A DNA stretch of 63,984 nucleotides, counting the filler, from Octopus bimaculoides (taxonomy: Eukaryota), in the NCBI RefSeq assembly GCF_001194135.2. It is 5 parts of 5 records of this genome, joined end to end, with 100 filler letters (N's around TTAATTAATTAA, not from the genome) between each part and the next. Parts side by side here need not be neighbours in the genome. Positions count along the whole stretch, not along the records: positions 1 to 2,704 come from NC_069007.1; positions 2,805 to 32,422 come from NC_068990.1; 3 more parts are not named here. One strand, given 5' to 3'. How positions within the stretch are numbered: position 1 is the first letter of the stretch; every line of letters starts with the position of its first letter. The position numbers and the translations under genes were made by a program. The notes beneath the pieces were generated by a model, which made no database searches, was not told the origin of the DNA, and worked only from the letters and a program-made list of their open reading frames with translations. Shown here in pieces: positions 1 to 12,526 of the stretch.

Positions 1-550
1 GTTATCACCATTGTCATCATCATCATCATCATCATCATCATCACCATCTCCACCATCATAACCACTGCCATCATCATCATCATCATCATGACCACCACCA
101 CCACTATTGTCATCATAATCATAACCATCATGATCGTTATCATCATCATCTCCACCACCATAACCACTACCATCATGATCAACATCACCATGACCACCAC
201 CATTAATTGCATTGTCATCCATATATCAGTCAGTCATTCTCTCTCTCTCTCTCTCTCTCTCAGCACCTTCTGTTGCATAACTGATTCTATCATTTCTAGT
301 CTCCTCTAAAACCCCCATACCCATGCAGCGTCCCATTTACCCACAGCACAACAAAACGCCCACGCCACCAACCACACCACCACCACAACAAACACCCACA
401 ACACCACCACCACCACCATAATTATCTCCATCTTTGTCCACTTCTTTTGTTAAATTCCACCCCCATCTCCAAAGGCCCTACATTCCACCACCCCCAGCAT
501 CACATATAAGCTTCTCTCTCCCCCACACTTCCATCCATATTACAGCTACA

Positions 551-582
<32 letters not shown>

Positions 583-700
583 CCTCTGTCTCCATCTCTC
601 TCTCTTTCTCTTTCCTTACTTTTGTCTCCTCTCTCTCTCTCTCTCTCCCTTCACCTCACCATTATCCTTATCATTTTCATCATCCTCTTCAAAACTTTCT
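1..700. repeat. Compound microsatellite (CAT/CAC)n and (CT)n
   Basis: Direct reading; ORF 88-309 is just the translated repeat. Confidence 0.95.
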
Positions 701-1259
701 ACTTATTCCCGTGTGAGAATATCAAAAGCTGGTTTTGTTGTTTGTTTTTTATATTCTATTTCTTCATTGNNNNNNNNNNNNNNNNNNNNNNNNNNNNNNN
801 NNNNNNNNNNNNNNNNNNNNNNNNNNNNNNNNNNNNNNNNNNNNNNNNNNNNNNNNNNNNNNNNNNNNNNNNNNNNNNNNNNNNNNNNNNNNNNNNNNNN
901 NNNNNNNNNNNNNNNNNNNNNNNNNNNNNNNNNNNNNNNNNNNNNNNNNNNNNNNNNNNNNNNNNNNNNNNNNNNNNNNNNNNNNNNNNNNNNNNNNNNN
1001 NNNNNNNNNNNNNNNNNNNNNNNNNNNNNNNNNNNNNNNNNNNNNNNNNNNNNNNNNNNNNNNNNNNNNNNNNNNNNNNNNNNNNNNNNNNNNNNNNNNN
1101 NNNNNNNNNNNNNNNNNNNNNNNNNNNNNNNNNNNNNNNNNNNNNNNNNNNNNNNNNNNNNNNNNNNNNNNNNNNNNNNNNNNNNNNNNNNNNNNNNNNN
1201 NNNNNNNNNNNNNNNNNNNNNNNNNNNNNNNNNNNATAGGGAGAATTCACAAAAAAAAA

Positions 1260-1375
1260 ACCCAACAGACAAAGACAGGTGTTGTAGAAAACAAACAGAT
1301 GTATTAGTATAACGCTCAGGAAGTGAAAAAGTCTTTAACGTTTCGAGCCTACACTCTTCCACAGAAAGGAACATG
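1260..1375 (-). mobile_element. Penelope-like element terminus with degenerate minimal hammerhead motif
   Basis: Minus strand CTTT-CTGTGGA-A-GAGT-GTAG-GCTC-GAAA-CG-T-T-AAAG; a homologous copy lies at 57325-57440 (+). Confidence 0.5.
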
Positions 1376-1392
1376 GAAAGAAACAAGGAGAG

Positions 1393-1530
1393 AGGCTTCT
1401 TCCACTCACTAGGGTTTGGTTGGCCCAAGACCATAGTAGAAGACACTTGTCCAGGGTGCCATGCAGTGGGACTGAACACGGAACCATGTGGTTTGGAAGC
1501 AAGCTTCCTAACGACACAGTCATGCCTATA
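1393..1530 (-). mobile_element. tRNA-derived SINE family A, 5' half
   Basis: Reverse complement aligns by eye to the 45405-45560 head (ggttccgggttcagtcccactgc). Confidence 0.8.
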
Positions 1531-1659
1531 CAAACATTGCAGGTGTGATTCATAAGTGAGTACAATATGGTAGCATGCAGTGCACTTTCACTAAACGTTT
1601 TAAGTGTCAACTTAATTGTGCACAGACCACAGCCCTCCCACACTGACCCAGCAGAACAT

Positions 1660-1840
1660 TGAGGATGTGACAGCTGGATGGTCAGACACATGCTCGGCAC
1701 TAGCGTTTATGCCAGTTGAAAAGCCTGGAGCAACAGAGAATGAAATGTCTTGCTCAAGGATGGAATCTGTTGCCCTCCAAAGGAATCAAACCCACAGTCT
1801 CGTGACTGAGTGCAACACCTCAACCACTAGGCCATGACTC
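1660..1840 (-). mobile_element. tRNA-derived SINE family D
   Basis: Minus: ATGGCCTAGTGGTT (A box) ... GGGTTTGATTCC (B box) ... CCTTGAGCAAGACA, shared with 23040 and 41335. Confidence 0.65.
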
Positions 1841-1911
1841 TTCGCAACACCCTAACCAATAAGCTTATATGTATGAGTGTATATACGTGTGTGTGTGTGT
1901 ACATATGCCTC

Positions 1912-2510
1912 ATCATCATCATCATCGTTTAACGTCCGTTTTCCATGCTAGCATGGGTTGGACGGTTTGACTGGGGTCTGGGAAGCCAGGAGGCTGCACC
2001 GGGCTCCAGTCTGATATGGCAGTGTTTCTACAGCTGGATGCCCTTCCTAACGCCAACCANNNNNNNNNNTATGGCAGTGTTTCTACAGCTGGATGCCCTT
2101 CCTAACGCCAACCACTCCATGAGTGTAGTGGGTGCTTTTTACGTGCCACAGGCACAGGAGCCAGAGGAGGCTGGCAATGACCACGTTTGGATGGTGCTTT
2201 TTACATGCCACCGGCATGGGTATCACAACTACAATTTCTATTTGATTTTCATTTTGATGCTGATGTACTTGACTCAATAGGTCTCCTCAAGCACAGCAGG
2301 TCGCCCTACGATCCAAGCTACTTTTGAACAGGCTGGGGCTGGTTATGCGAAACTGGTGTAGGATACAGCTATGAACTCACTTTATATGCCGGGTCTTCGC
2401 AGTCACACCATATCTCCAGAGGTCTTGGTCTTTCGCCATTGCCTCTGTGAGGCCCAACGTTTGAAGGTCATGCTTCACTAACTCACCACATGGGCAATGG
2501 TTGTCTTTAT
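1912..2510 (-). mobile_element. RTE-clade LINE 3' end with 3'UTR and (GAT)n tail
   Basis: Minus ORF end VKHDLQTLGLTEAMAKDQDLWRYGVTAKTR*, then a UTR with GAGTGGTTGGCGTTAGGAAGGGCATCCAGCTGTAGAAA and (GAT)n. Confidence 0.85.
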
Positions 2511-2748
2511 AGATCACCCACACAGTAAAGAGCATGCCAAAATCATACCGCCTATGTTTTAAACAGTCGAGTGACCACAAAGGATCATTTGTGTCATGTT
2601 TGCTTGCAAAACCAGAGAGCAGTGTTTTAATTTGCATCGTATGAACGAGAAATTATCTGAATATAATTTTTACGTTTGTAAATATATATATATATATATA
2701 TATANNNNNNNNNNNNNNNNNNNNNNNNNNNNNNNNNNNNNNNNNNNN

Positions 2749-2760
2749 TTAATTAATTAA
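2749..2760. other. Artificial gap spacer TTAATTAATTAA inside N-runs (also 32467-32478, 50306-50317, 59209-59220)
   Basis: The identical 12-mer (stops in all six frames) sits centred in four ~100-nt gaps. Confidence 0.9.
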
Positions 2761-3075
2761 NNNNNNNNNNNNNNNNNNNNNNNNNNNNNNNNNNNNNNNN
2801 NNNNTCTTCTTCTTCTTCTTCTTCTTCTTCTTCTTCTTCTTCTTCTTCTTCTTCTTCTTCTTCTTCTTCTTCTTCTTCTTCTTCTTCTTCTTCTTCTTCT
2901 TCTTCTTCTTCTTCTTCTCCTTCTGCTGCTGCTGCTGCTACAACTACTACTAGTATTAGTATTAGTAGTAGTAGTAGTTCAAATGCTGCCAATGTCGACT
3001 TTGTCTTTCACTTTTTCGGGGTCGATAAAATAAGTACGAGCTAAGCACTCTGGTCGATGTTATCGGCTTACCCTC

Positions 3076-3145
<70 letters not shown>

Positions 3146-3149
3146 TTAC

Positions 3150-3226
<77 letters not shown>

Positions 3227-3238
3227 TTATCATCATCA

Positions 3239-3272
<34 letters not shown>

Positions 3273-6200
3273 TACTACAAAAACATCTAATATCATTCGT
3301 ATTTTATAAACGGACGTTACATTTCACAACGAGAGAAAGCAATCGCTAGCATCCATTGTGATCCAGTGAGATGACAGTTTTCTTTAATGACTTCGTTGTT
3401 AATATTAATTTTGAAGATTGGTGCCTAGAGACACAAGAAACAGTACAAGGAAGGAACAGATACTTTTAATATATTTGTTGGTAATTTATAAATATCCACT
3501 GTGGATTTCATTGTAACAGAACTATGTTTCGACTAGTAAGTTTTCCAGCCGTCTGCAAATACAATTTAAGTACATATAGTACGAACGTTTTGAATAATAG
3601 GGAGAAAATTAGAAACATTTATTCATGATCGCTTGCTTCAACGTTCTAATTCAACGACACTAGAGACCTTTTACATCAGAAGTATAATATGTAACAAATG
3701 ATAGCGATGTCGAACTGATGACTGCACTTGGTTTACTATCAGGGTATTTTGATAATGTCAAATATGCAGAAATCTTTGATCATTTTTAACTTTCAGTAGA
3801 GCCCCTTGTCAATTACCGCAACTTTGTTCGGCAGTGGAGAATGATCTCCACATTTGAAATGAGCGCTACATCGGAAGCTGCGTAAGATCAAAGTGTTAAT
3901 GACTATTTGAATTGTAATGGTTTTATGGAGGTTATCTAATTATTAACTTATAACAATTAATATCGAAACATTAAAGACAAAATATTTATTATACGGAACC
4001 TTAGATGAAATTGAATTTAACTAATTAAGTTAGTAAGTCATCTTTATGAAAGAGAGTTAAGCCCGTAGCTTTTATAATCCAAGTATGATGAAGAACAAAA
4101 GAAACCCAGTTGGTTGATTCTGGTCATCAACAGGTGATGATCATAATCATAAAAAGGAAGAAAGTTGTGTGGGTTAAATATTGTCAAATGAGAGTTTGGA
4201 AGCATGTTGAGAATCATAAATGTCAATAAGTGTGGTAGTTATGATTAGGTGTTGACGGTGAGTAGCGGTTTACAAGGAGGATACTAGTTGTTGATTGGTT
4301 TTATTGCTAAGTCGACATATTTGTGATGCGGCAAGATATAAGAAACAAAGAGAATTATAATGGAGAAATAAAGACTGGTACGTGAAATTATTACAGGTTT
4401 CACTATCTACTTTGAACGAAGCTCGAGGATTTCTTTGTCTTTTGAATTTATTTCAGTTCAATGTGATTTTTGATAAACGTTAATTAAGATCAAGCCTGTT
4501 TAATCTCACGGCCGAAATTCATTATCAGTGAAATGATTAAAACAACAGCTGTAAACTACTTTCTAAGATGAGTTCTTTCAAATCACGTCGATTTGAATTA
4601 TACAGCTTAAACACCTGTTTCTTTTCTTTTCTTTTTTATTCTCCAATTTCTTTCCACGGTGGGAGTGGAGAATATTGCAGAAAAGAGCTAATCTCTTAAT
4701 AAAACGAGAGCGCGATGTAGTTTCAATCACCATCTGAAGAGATTTTACTTCACTTACATTTCTAAATTGCTTGAGAAAGACATGAATCTAACCTCTGGTT
4801 ATTTCCTGTTTCCTATATATAGACACAACCTTTGTGCTGAGTCAAGTTAAATCAATCCATGCGACTTTCAATGCAAACCAAATTATACATTACATCTGCA
4901 ATAAGCAAATATTAAACAACAATCATTAATATATCTTTTGTCGTTAATAATATACAGCTTTTTTGTTTGTTTTCTCTTTTAGTATTTTCAACCTCCGCTC
5001 TTATTAATGCAAATTGCTAGTGGAATATGCAAATAACTGGACAATTTGGGGATTTATTGCGCTGCATGCTCAATAGATTTGTATCTTGAATTGTAAATAG
5101 AGTTATTTTGGTTACATTAAGGTTATGTAGTTTTCGAGGATATATTGTTAAAACTATTGATTACTAGAACTTTACGTTTGAAAAATAGAATATTCTTCTT
5201 TGATTCAGTTGTTATTTAACTGAAAAGAAACAACGACATGGTCCCATTTCCTGTGACAGGTAACATGTTATACTCTAATGTTAATAAAGTTTACTGGGCT
5301 GTGATAGCCAACGTGTATAATGCTGAATATCTTTGAAATTCAGGATCAGAACGATATCTCGATATCAGGGAAGAAAATATGTTTCGTTCTCGTCATATTC
5401 AAGCGGAAGTTTAACTCTAGGTTTTGTCGGATAACTCGCTGATATCGTCGACGTTAGCATTATTATTAATCTAAATATAAACTGGAGGATTATGTATACC
5501 ATATTACAGAGATTACTACATCTATTGTTCTCTACGCCAGCATGCAAAATGGTGAATATTTAGAATGCTAATCGCACTACTGGTCATTTACTAGCAATAG
5601 CCAGAAAAAGGTTGACATTTGAAATATATTTGTAAGCAAATGGTTAAGGAGGATAGTAGACAACTAACTGAGATGAGACGGTTTCGTATCCTTTTCTATG
5701 TTCTGCCTGTTAGCAAGATACTTAATTTTTAAACGGCCGTGCCTTTTGTTAATTGTAGAATGCTACTGCAGGGTAGAAATTATTCGTTGTTCCAAGCAGT
5801 GGCAGAACTATTGATTTGTGAAAGTGCTTAGCTTTTTTTACCGTTCTGAGTTACATTCTTTCAGTGAAGGGAAGCTATCTGTAAAATGATACCGACTTAT
5901 CCAGGAGGAAGCTACCTCTCTCATCTTTTGAGAATTATGAAAATTGGTGATAGACTTCTAGCTATGTGAATTACTTCAATTTGGAACATATTAGGTGTTG
6001 TAGCATAAAAAAATAAATATAAAAACATTGTAGTTACACAAATTTACAAATTAAATTTGAGAGATATTCCGAAGGGTCACAATATCAAGACAAAATTATG
6101 CCTTTGTTGTTCTTGCTTGTTGCTTAGCTACACACCAATCCTGATTACGTAGACTTATGATAAAAGACAATCCAACAAAGACCAGGCCGTCTTTTTCAAA

Positions 6201-6831
6201 CGTATTTCGGACTACATTATTTCATAAGCGGGTGCAGTGAGTTGTGAGGAAGATTTGGTTTCTTTTTCTAGCAAGTTGAGCAACCAGGTCGAGACCTTCT
6301 TGCAGGGGTGAGTTGAACTGAGTCATTTAGAAAGATAACAAATAGCTTCAATTTACTGAAATCATGCTATGTGTGTATATTTTGTACATTCTGTTCCAAG
6401 ATACATCTCACGGATGCTCTTGGATGTATTATTAATGATATTTCAGGCGTTTCCGGATCTTCCAACATCAGACCTCCTCGTCCAGTTAAACCAGCTGGGG
6501 TTAATCAAATTCCCAATAGCAACAAATCAAGGGTCTGCTCTCTCTCTATCCAAAGCAACAAGGTGGCCTTTTCGGAGCTTCAGTAATAGAATATATGGCC
6601 CTCCTTTTATCTGAGCATTAACTCCAATCCCAGTCAGAACCTTTCAGTCAGAGCCTCACAAAACTTCCTGCATAAATATGTGTGCTTAAGTATACCAGTC
6701 AGGTGCTGGGATCGATATAGTCGACTAATCTCAAAGCCCAAATTTCAGGTCTTGTGCCTATAAAAGAAAAAAATTATTAGTAGCCTTGGCTACTGCGGGT
6801 TCCATCGTACACACACACACACACACACACA

Positions 6832-6870
<39 letters not shown>

Positions 6871-6874
<4 letters not shown>

Positions 6875-7175
6875 GAGGCGCAATGGCCCAGTGGCTAGGG
6901 CAGCGGACTCGTGGTCGAAGGATCGCGGTTTCGATTCCCAGACCGGGCGTTGTGTGTGTTTAGTGAGCGAAACACCTAAGCTCCACGAGGCTCTGGCAAG
7001 GGGGTGGGTAGCGACTCCTGTTGTACTTTTTCGCCCCAACTTTCTCTCACTCTTTCTTCCTGTTTCTTGAGTAACGCTGCGATGGACTGGCGTCCCGTCC
7101 AGCTGGTGGGAACACATACGCCATAGAAACCGGGAAACCGGGCTCATAAGCCTGGCTAGGCTTTGAAAGGGCGAA
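6871..7175 (+). mobile_element. tRNA-derived SINE family C, apparently full length and young
   Basis: GTGGAGGCGCAATGGCCCAGTGG (A box), GGTTTCGATTCCC (B box), CpG-rich, inserted in (TA)n. Confidence 0.8.
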
Positions 7176-7189
7176 ATATATATATATAT

Positions 7190-7655
7190 TGATACCTATT
7201 GGCGATGTGGATAGTGGTGAGGGGATATCTACGTAGGATGAAGTGGCGAGCCATGAGTTGAGACTGAGTCTCAAAGCCATGGTTGTCACTGCGGAGCCTG
7301 CGTAGACGGAGGAACTGGGAATAGTGGATGGAGAGCTTGGTGTGTTTAGGGTGGGAAGAGGAGAAGTTGAGGTATGAGTGTGGGTCTGTGTTTGTAGTGG
7401 ATGGAGGTGGTGAGAGTGGAGTGATGAATGCTGACCGATATGTCAAGAAAGGAGACGGAGGTGTCAGAGATAGTGCAGGAGAAGTGGAGGGCAAGATGGA
7501 AAGATTTGGCAAAAGAGAGGATGGAGTTTAGATGTTTGCGGGAGAGTGAGGTCGCACCAATACAGTTGTCAATATAACGACCGTATAGTTTAGGATTGGG
7601 GCCAGTGAAACCTGAGAATATTTGGGCCTTAACGTAGCCAACGAACAGGTTCACA
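7190..7655 (-). mobile_element. Penelope-like retroelement reverse transcriptase fragment (frameshifted)
   Basis: Minus translations LYGRYIDNCIG (YIDD motif), VSFLDISV, HSYLNFSSSHP, YSQFLRLRRL are Penelope RT/thumb motifs. Confidence 0.9.
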
Positions 7656-7667
7656 TACATACGTACG

Positions 7668-7699
<32 letters not shown>

Positions 7700-8632
7700 C
7701 ATGCATGCATACATACACGTATTCTCTAACATAAACACACGCATGTGTGGTAAATAATACAGAATGGCTCTTATAGGAACATAGAAAACCTAACTTTTTT
7801 TATAACCAAATTGTTTTCATATTAGAATGATAGGAATCTTATTTCTACACTATGTGTTTGTTTGTGTGTTAGTATGCACTTTAATTCTGACTAGAGAATT
7901 TTAATGGCATTGTTATTTGCCTAAGGGCTTCGAATCAGATGTGCGCTAAAAGGAAATATCACTAAAGTTATAGCCAGCGTACATACTGCGAAATAAAACC
8001 GAATCGAATAAATGATGATAAAAATATAATTCTTAAGAAAAATTCTTCCATGATCACAATTTTTTTCTTTTCTTTTTTTTAAAGAAAATCTGATTTTTCT
8101 AGCTACTCATTTTCTCTTTAAATAGTTCATCTAGTGAGATTGGATAGATTTAACACACAATACGAAAGGAGAGTTGGAGAAATTCTACACCATTTTCGAC
8201 CAATTTAAGCAATCTCGCTATAAACTCAAATGTTTTTGTAGAAATCGCTGGAGACAATTTAGAGAATCTGATGAAAGAATAGAACAACAGGAGAAAAAGA
8301 GAGCGAACGAAGAAAGATTAACTGACTTCTCGAAGAAAGAGCGAAAGTAAATGAGTAGCAGAGTGGGAGAAAGAAAATGGTTAATCGGAAATGACTTGCG
8401 GAGTGACATAAAAATATAAGTAATTTTGAGCTTCTGAAATTGTCAAATTCTCTTGTAATTTTGTAACGGAATATTTTTCGGATCAATAAAAACGACAATG
8501 AGTTTAGAAACAATGATTTCATTTTTCGATCGTATAAATTTTTTTTCTGTAATTGTTTTATCTTTGTTGCTGTCGTTGTTGTTATTATTATTACAATCAT
8601 CATCATCATCATTATCATCATTATTATTACTA

Positions 8633-8718
<86 letters not shown>

Positions 8719-10074
8719 TTGTTGCAATTATTGTATAGTAAGCTTTATCTTTTTCGCTTTTCCCCCCCTTCCACATAAATGCCTTAGCGACTATCAGAAA
8801 ATATATATTACTTCTTCAAAACCACTTAATAACGATGTTCAAAATCTAAGAGTAATTTAGAAATTTCGAGAGAAAATAGAAAATATATCTCGATTCTCTT
8901 ACACTGAAAATATCTAGATATGTTTCTACCATTTTCTTCCGATGTATAAAAGTTGATTGAAATATCTATCCACCCGGTAATAATATTACATAATAAAATA
9001 TAAATATAAAATATACATCTACTTAGTTAATCACATAAAAACGTTACTTTATGCATATCTATTTACGTATATAGTATATATAACTTAGTTCTGTGCGCAT
9101 ATATAGATATCTATGAGTATATAGTGTGTGTATGTGTGCGTGTGTGCGTGCGTGCGTGTGTGCGTGTGTGTATGTGTGTGTGTGTGTCTGAATGTGTGTG
9201 TGTGTGCTTGTTTATACATCTGTAAAGTATACACATATTTTTGGAAGAAGGAAAATATTTTATAATATGAAAACGCCCGGAAATATTTTTCATTATTTTT
9301 CATTATTTCTTGTCCTGTTGTTATTTATTTATTTATTTAGCATTTTCTTTTCATTCGAAGACATTTGATTGCTCTACAGCTGCACACGTAAATACACATA
9401 TACAAATATACATGAACTCATATACGCTGCTATACACAAAACATAAATGCATAGACTTACACATATATATGGATACGGATACGTACATACATTGCGGTCA
9501 TGCAAATGCACACAAAGCATATTTGCAGAAACATGCATATTTCTTGAGCTCTATTATTCGTTTATTAGTTTCAGTCACTGAAATGCGGCCATGCTAGGGC
9601 CACTCTGTCAGCATCTGAGTCCATCACATCAATCCTACAACATATTTTTTTCAATTACAAGCGCTTACGCAGTCACCCGTTTAGTTTTCGTCGATGCGCT
9701 AGTTCACATACAGAAATCTAACTTGGTCAACGATTCAAGAAAGCATAAACAGGCATAAACACACACACACACAATGTTTGTGTATGTATGTGCGTTTGTA
9801 GAAGGGGGCTGCTTGTGTATTACGTGTGCATCTTGGAGAGAGGGCAATGCGCATGAAACTCAGAATTGATTAAAGCACGGTAGAGGTTGAAGAAAATATC
9901 AGTTAGACAGGACATGTTTCCCAAAACTTTATAAACGAGTACACATCGTTAAAGCCGTTCTTTCATCAGTTTGTTGAGTTAAACAGGGAGACGGATCAAG
10001 TTTACCAATAAAAAAAAAAATACGCATACACACATATATATATACACGTGAGTGTGTGATTTTTGTGTAAATGT

Positions 10075-10258
10075 GTGTCTGACTGTGTGATAAAAAGCAC
10101 ATGGTACTGGGTTCAAACCTACCGTGTGTCACCTTGACGAGTGTCATGCACTATAGCTTCCGGCCCACCAAAATCTTGAGTGGATTTGGTAAACAGAAAC
10201 TGAAAGAAGCCCTTCGTGTGTTTGTGTGTGGAGGGGCGTGCGTATATATATATATATA
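10075..10258 (+). mobile_element. SINE family A, 5' half running into gap
   Basis: GGTACTGGGTTCAAACC ... GAGTGGATTTGGTAAACAGAAACTGAAAGAAGCCC. Confidence 0.75.
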
Positions 10259-10853
10259 TNNNNNNNNNNNNNNNNNNNNNNNNNNNNNNNNNNNNNNNNN
10301 NNNNNNNNNNNNNNNNNNNNNNNNNNNNNNNNNNNNNNNNNNNNNNNNNNNNNNNNNNNNNNNNNNNNNNNNNNNNNNNNNNNNNNNNNNNNNNNNNNNN
10401 NNNNNNNNNNNNNNNNNNNNNNNNNNNNNNNNNNNNNNNNNNNNNNNNNNNNNNNNNNNNNNNNNNNNNNNNNNNNNNNNNNNNNNNNNNNNNNNNNNNN
10501 NNNNNNNNNNNNNNNNNNNNNNNNNNNNNNNNNNNNNNNNNNNNNNNNNNNNNNNNNNNNNNNNNNNNNNNNNNNNNNNNNNNNNNNNNNNNNNNNNNNN
10601 NNNNNNNNNNNNNNNNNNNNNNNNNNNNNNNNNNNNNNNNNNNNNNNNNNNNNNNNNNNNNNNNNNNNNNNNNNNNNNNNNNNNNNNNNNNNNNNNNNNN
10701 NNNNNNNNNNNNNNNNNNNNNNNNNNNNNNNNNNNNNNNNNNNNNNNNNNNNNNNNNNNNNNNNNNNNNNNNNNNNNNNNNNNNNNNNNNNNNNNNNNNN
10801 NNNNNNNNNNNNNNNNNNNNNNNNNNNNNNNNNNNNNNNNNNNNNNNNNNNNN

Positions 10854-10892
<39 letters not shown>

Positions 10893-12120
10893 GAAAAAAA
10901 AATTTTCAGACAGCGGATATGAAGAATTTTTACATAGTTTCATCTTATTTCTGTAGCAAATTGTATTGGGAGTCGTGAGTAAAAAGCATAAGATAAATGA
11001 ATAAGTATATAAATAAAATTGAATTAATGATATCTACAACAATAATCACGAAGGACAAATAAAAAATAAGAACATATGCCAATTCTTTGACAAAATTACT
11101 TGTAAACCCATACATATTCATATAACTGTATGCGTATACAATTATATGAATATGTGTCTACAAGTAATTTTGCCAAAGAATTGTATGTATGTATGTATGT
11201 ATGTATATATACATATATGCATATGCGTACATTCATATATATATGTGGGGGGGGGTGTATATGTATATGTACGTGTGTGTGTGTATGCGTACATGCGCAC
11301 ACATACTCAGAAGTATACAATGTCAAGTAAATACACTAATCGAACTACTATTTATTTTAAAATTAGAGAAATCATTTACTTTGTGAATTTTCGATAGTTT
11401 TCAAAACAGTAAAAGCAAAAAAAAAAAAAAAATACTAATAACATAATTAAAAGATAAAAGAAAAAGTACGATAGATGAAGACGTAGGAGGGTCTTGAAGC
11501 GATCTTCGATTTTCTATGGAAAGTAAGACTAAAATAATTTAAAAGTGACAAGAAAGCTAAGAGGACGAATAATATCGACAAAAAAGCATTTTTTTTAGTA
11601 AATAAGAAAAAAAACTGATAAAAAAAGCGCAATATTTTTTTCGTTTTAAAGTAATTTGTAATAAAAGTATGAGATATTTCTCTATATAGTGTATTCGTTT
11701 ATAGATTTGACTTGATAGAGAGTAACACTGATGAGAAGACAGACGTTGCTAGAAATAAGAGTCAAAAAGCACTCAGATAGGCCACCATGTCACTCCAGAT
11801 ACAGCAGACTAACGAAAATCGAGGTTCGATCCTCATTTGCGACTTTCAGCTGCAGTGGTAAGTTAAATCTTGCTCATCCCTCGATTTTCGTCAGCCTGTT
11901 GTATTTTCAATGAAATTGTGGGCTTATTTGAGTATGCTCCGACTCTTATTTCTAGCATCGCTGGTACTTCGTGTACCCTCAATTGTAATTGATAATTAAT
12001 TATAAATTCACATATATATATATATGTATATATGCTGTATATATGCACACACACCCATATATATACACTCATATATACATACATATATAGATATAGATAT
12101 ATGCATATATACATTTACAC

Positions 12121-12152
<32 letters not shown>

Positions 12153-12476
12153 GTGAGTATATATATCTATATGAATATATATATATATATATATATGTAC
12201 TGTATATATATATAGATAAGTATATATGAGTATATATATATATATATATATATNNNNNNNNNNNNNNNNNNNNNNNNNNNNNNNNNNNNNNNNNNNNNNN
12301 NNNNNNNNNNNNNNNNNNNNNNNNNNNNNNNNNNNNNNNNNNNNNNNNNNNNNNNNNNNNNNNNNNNNNNNNNNNNNNNNNNNNNNNNNNNNNNNNNNNN
12401 NNNNNNNNNNNNNNNNNNNNNNNNNNNNNNNNNNNNNNNNNNNNNNNNNNNNNNNNNNNNNNNNNNNNNNNNNNNN

Positions 12477-12518
<42 letters not shown>

Positions 12519-12526
12519 TGTATATG

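Noticed and set aside
2015-2114. 45-nt direct repeat flanking a 10-N gap
   Set aside because: Identical sequence on both sides of a tiny gap indicates an unmerged contig overlap.
6399-6586. Open frame IHLTDALG...IRPPRPVKPAG...
   Set aside because: No convincing donor, no recognisable homology, and overlapping frames are equally open.
6871-6945. tRNA genes at SINE heads
   Set aside because: A/B boxes are present but there is no closed acceptor stem or full cloverleaf; these are SINE promoters.
8148-8349. About 66-codon charged open frame (…EKFYTIFDQFKQSRYKLKCF…)
   Set aside because: No start or pyrimidine-rich acceptor; purine-rich low complexity explains the openness.
11496-11530. Possible microexon EGLEAIFDFYGK with a GTAAGA donor
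   Set aside because: The acceptor region is purine-rich, so unsupported.
11727-11765. CTGATGA...GAAA spacing (also 16285-16312 minus, 9945-9970 minus, 59577 plus)
   Set aside because: No helix II or helix I complementarity, or GAAA missing; not hammerheads.
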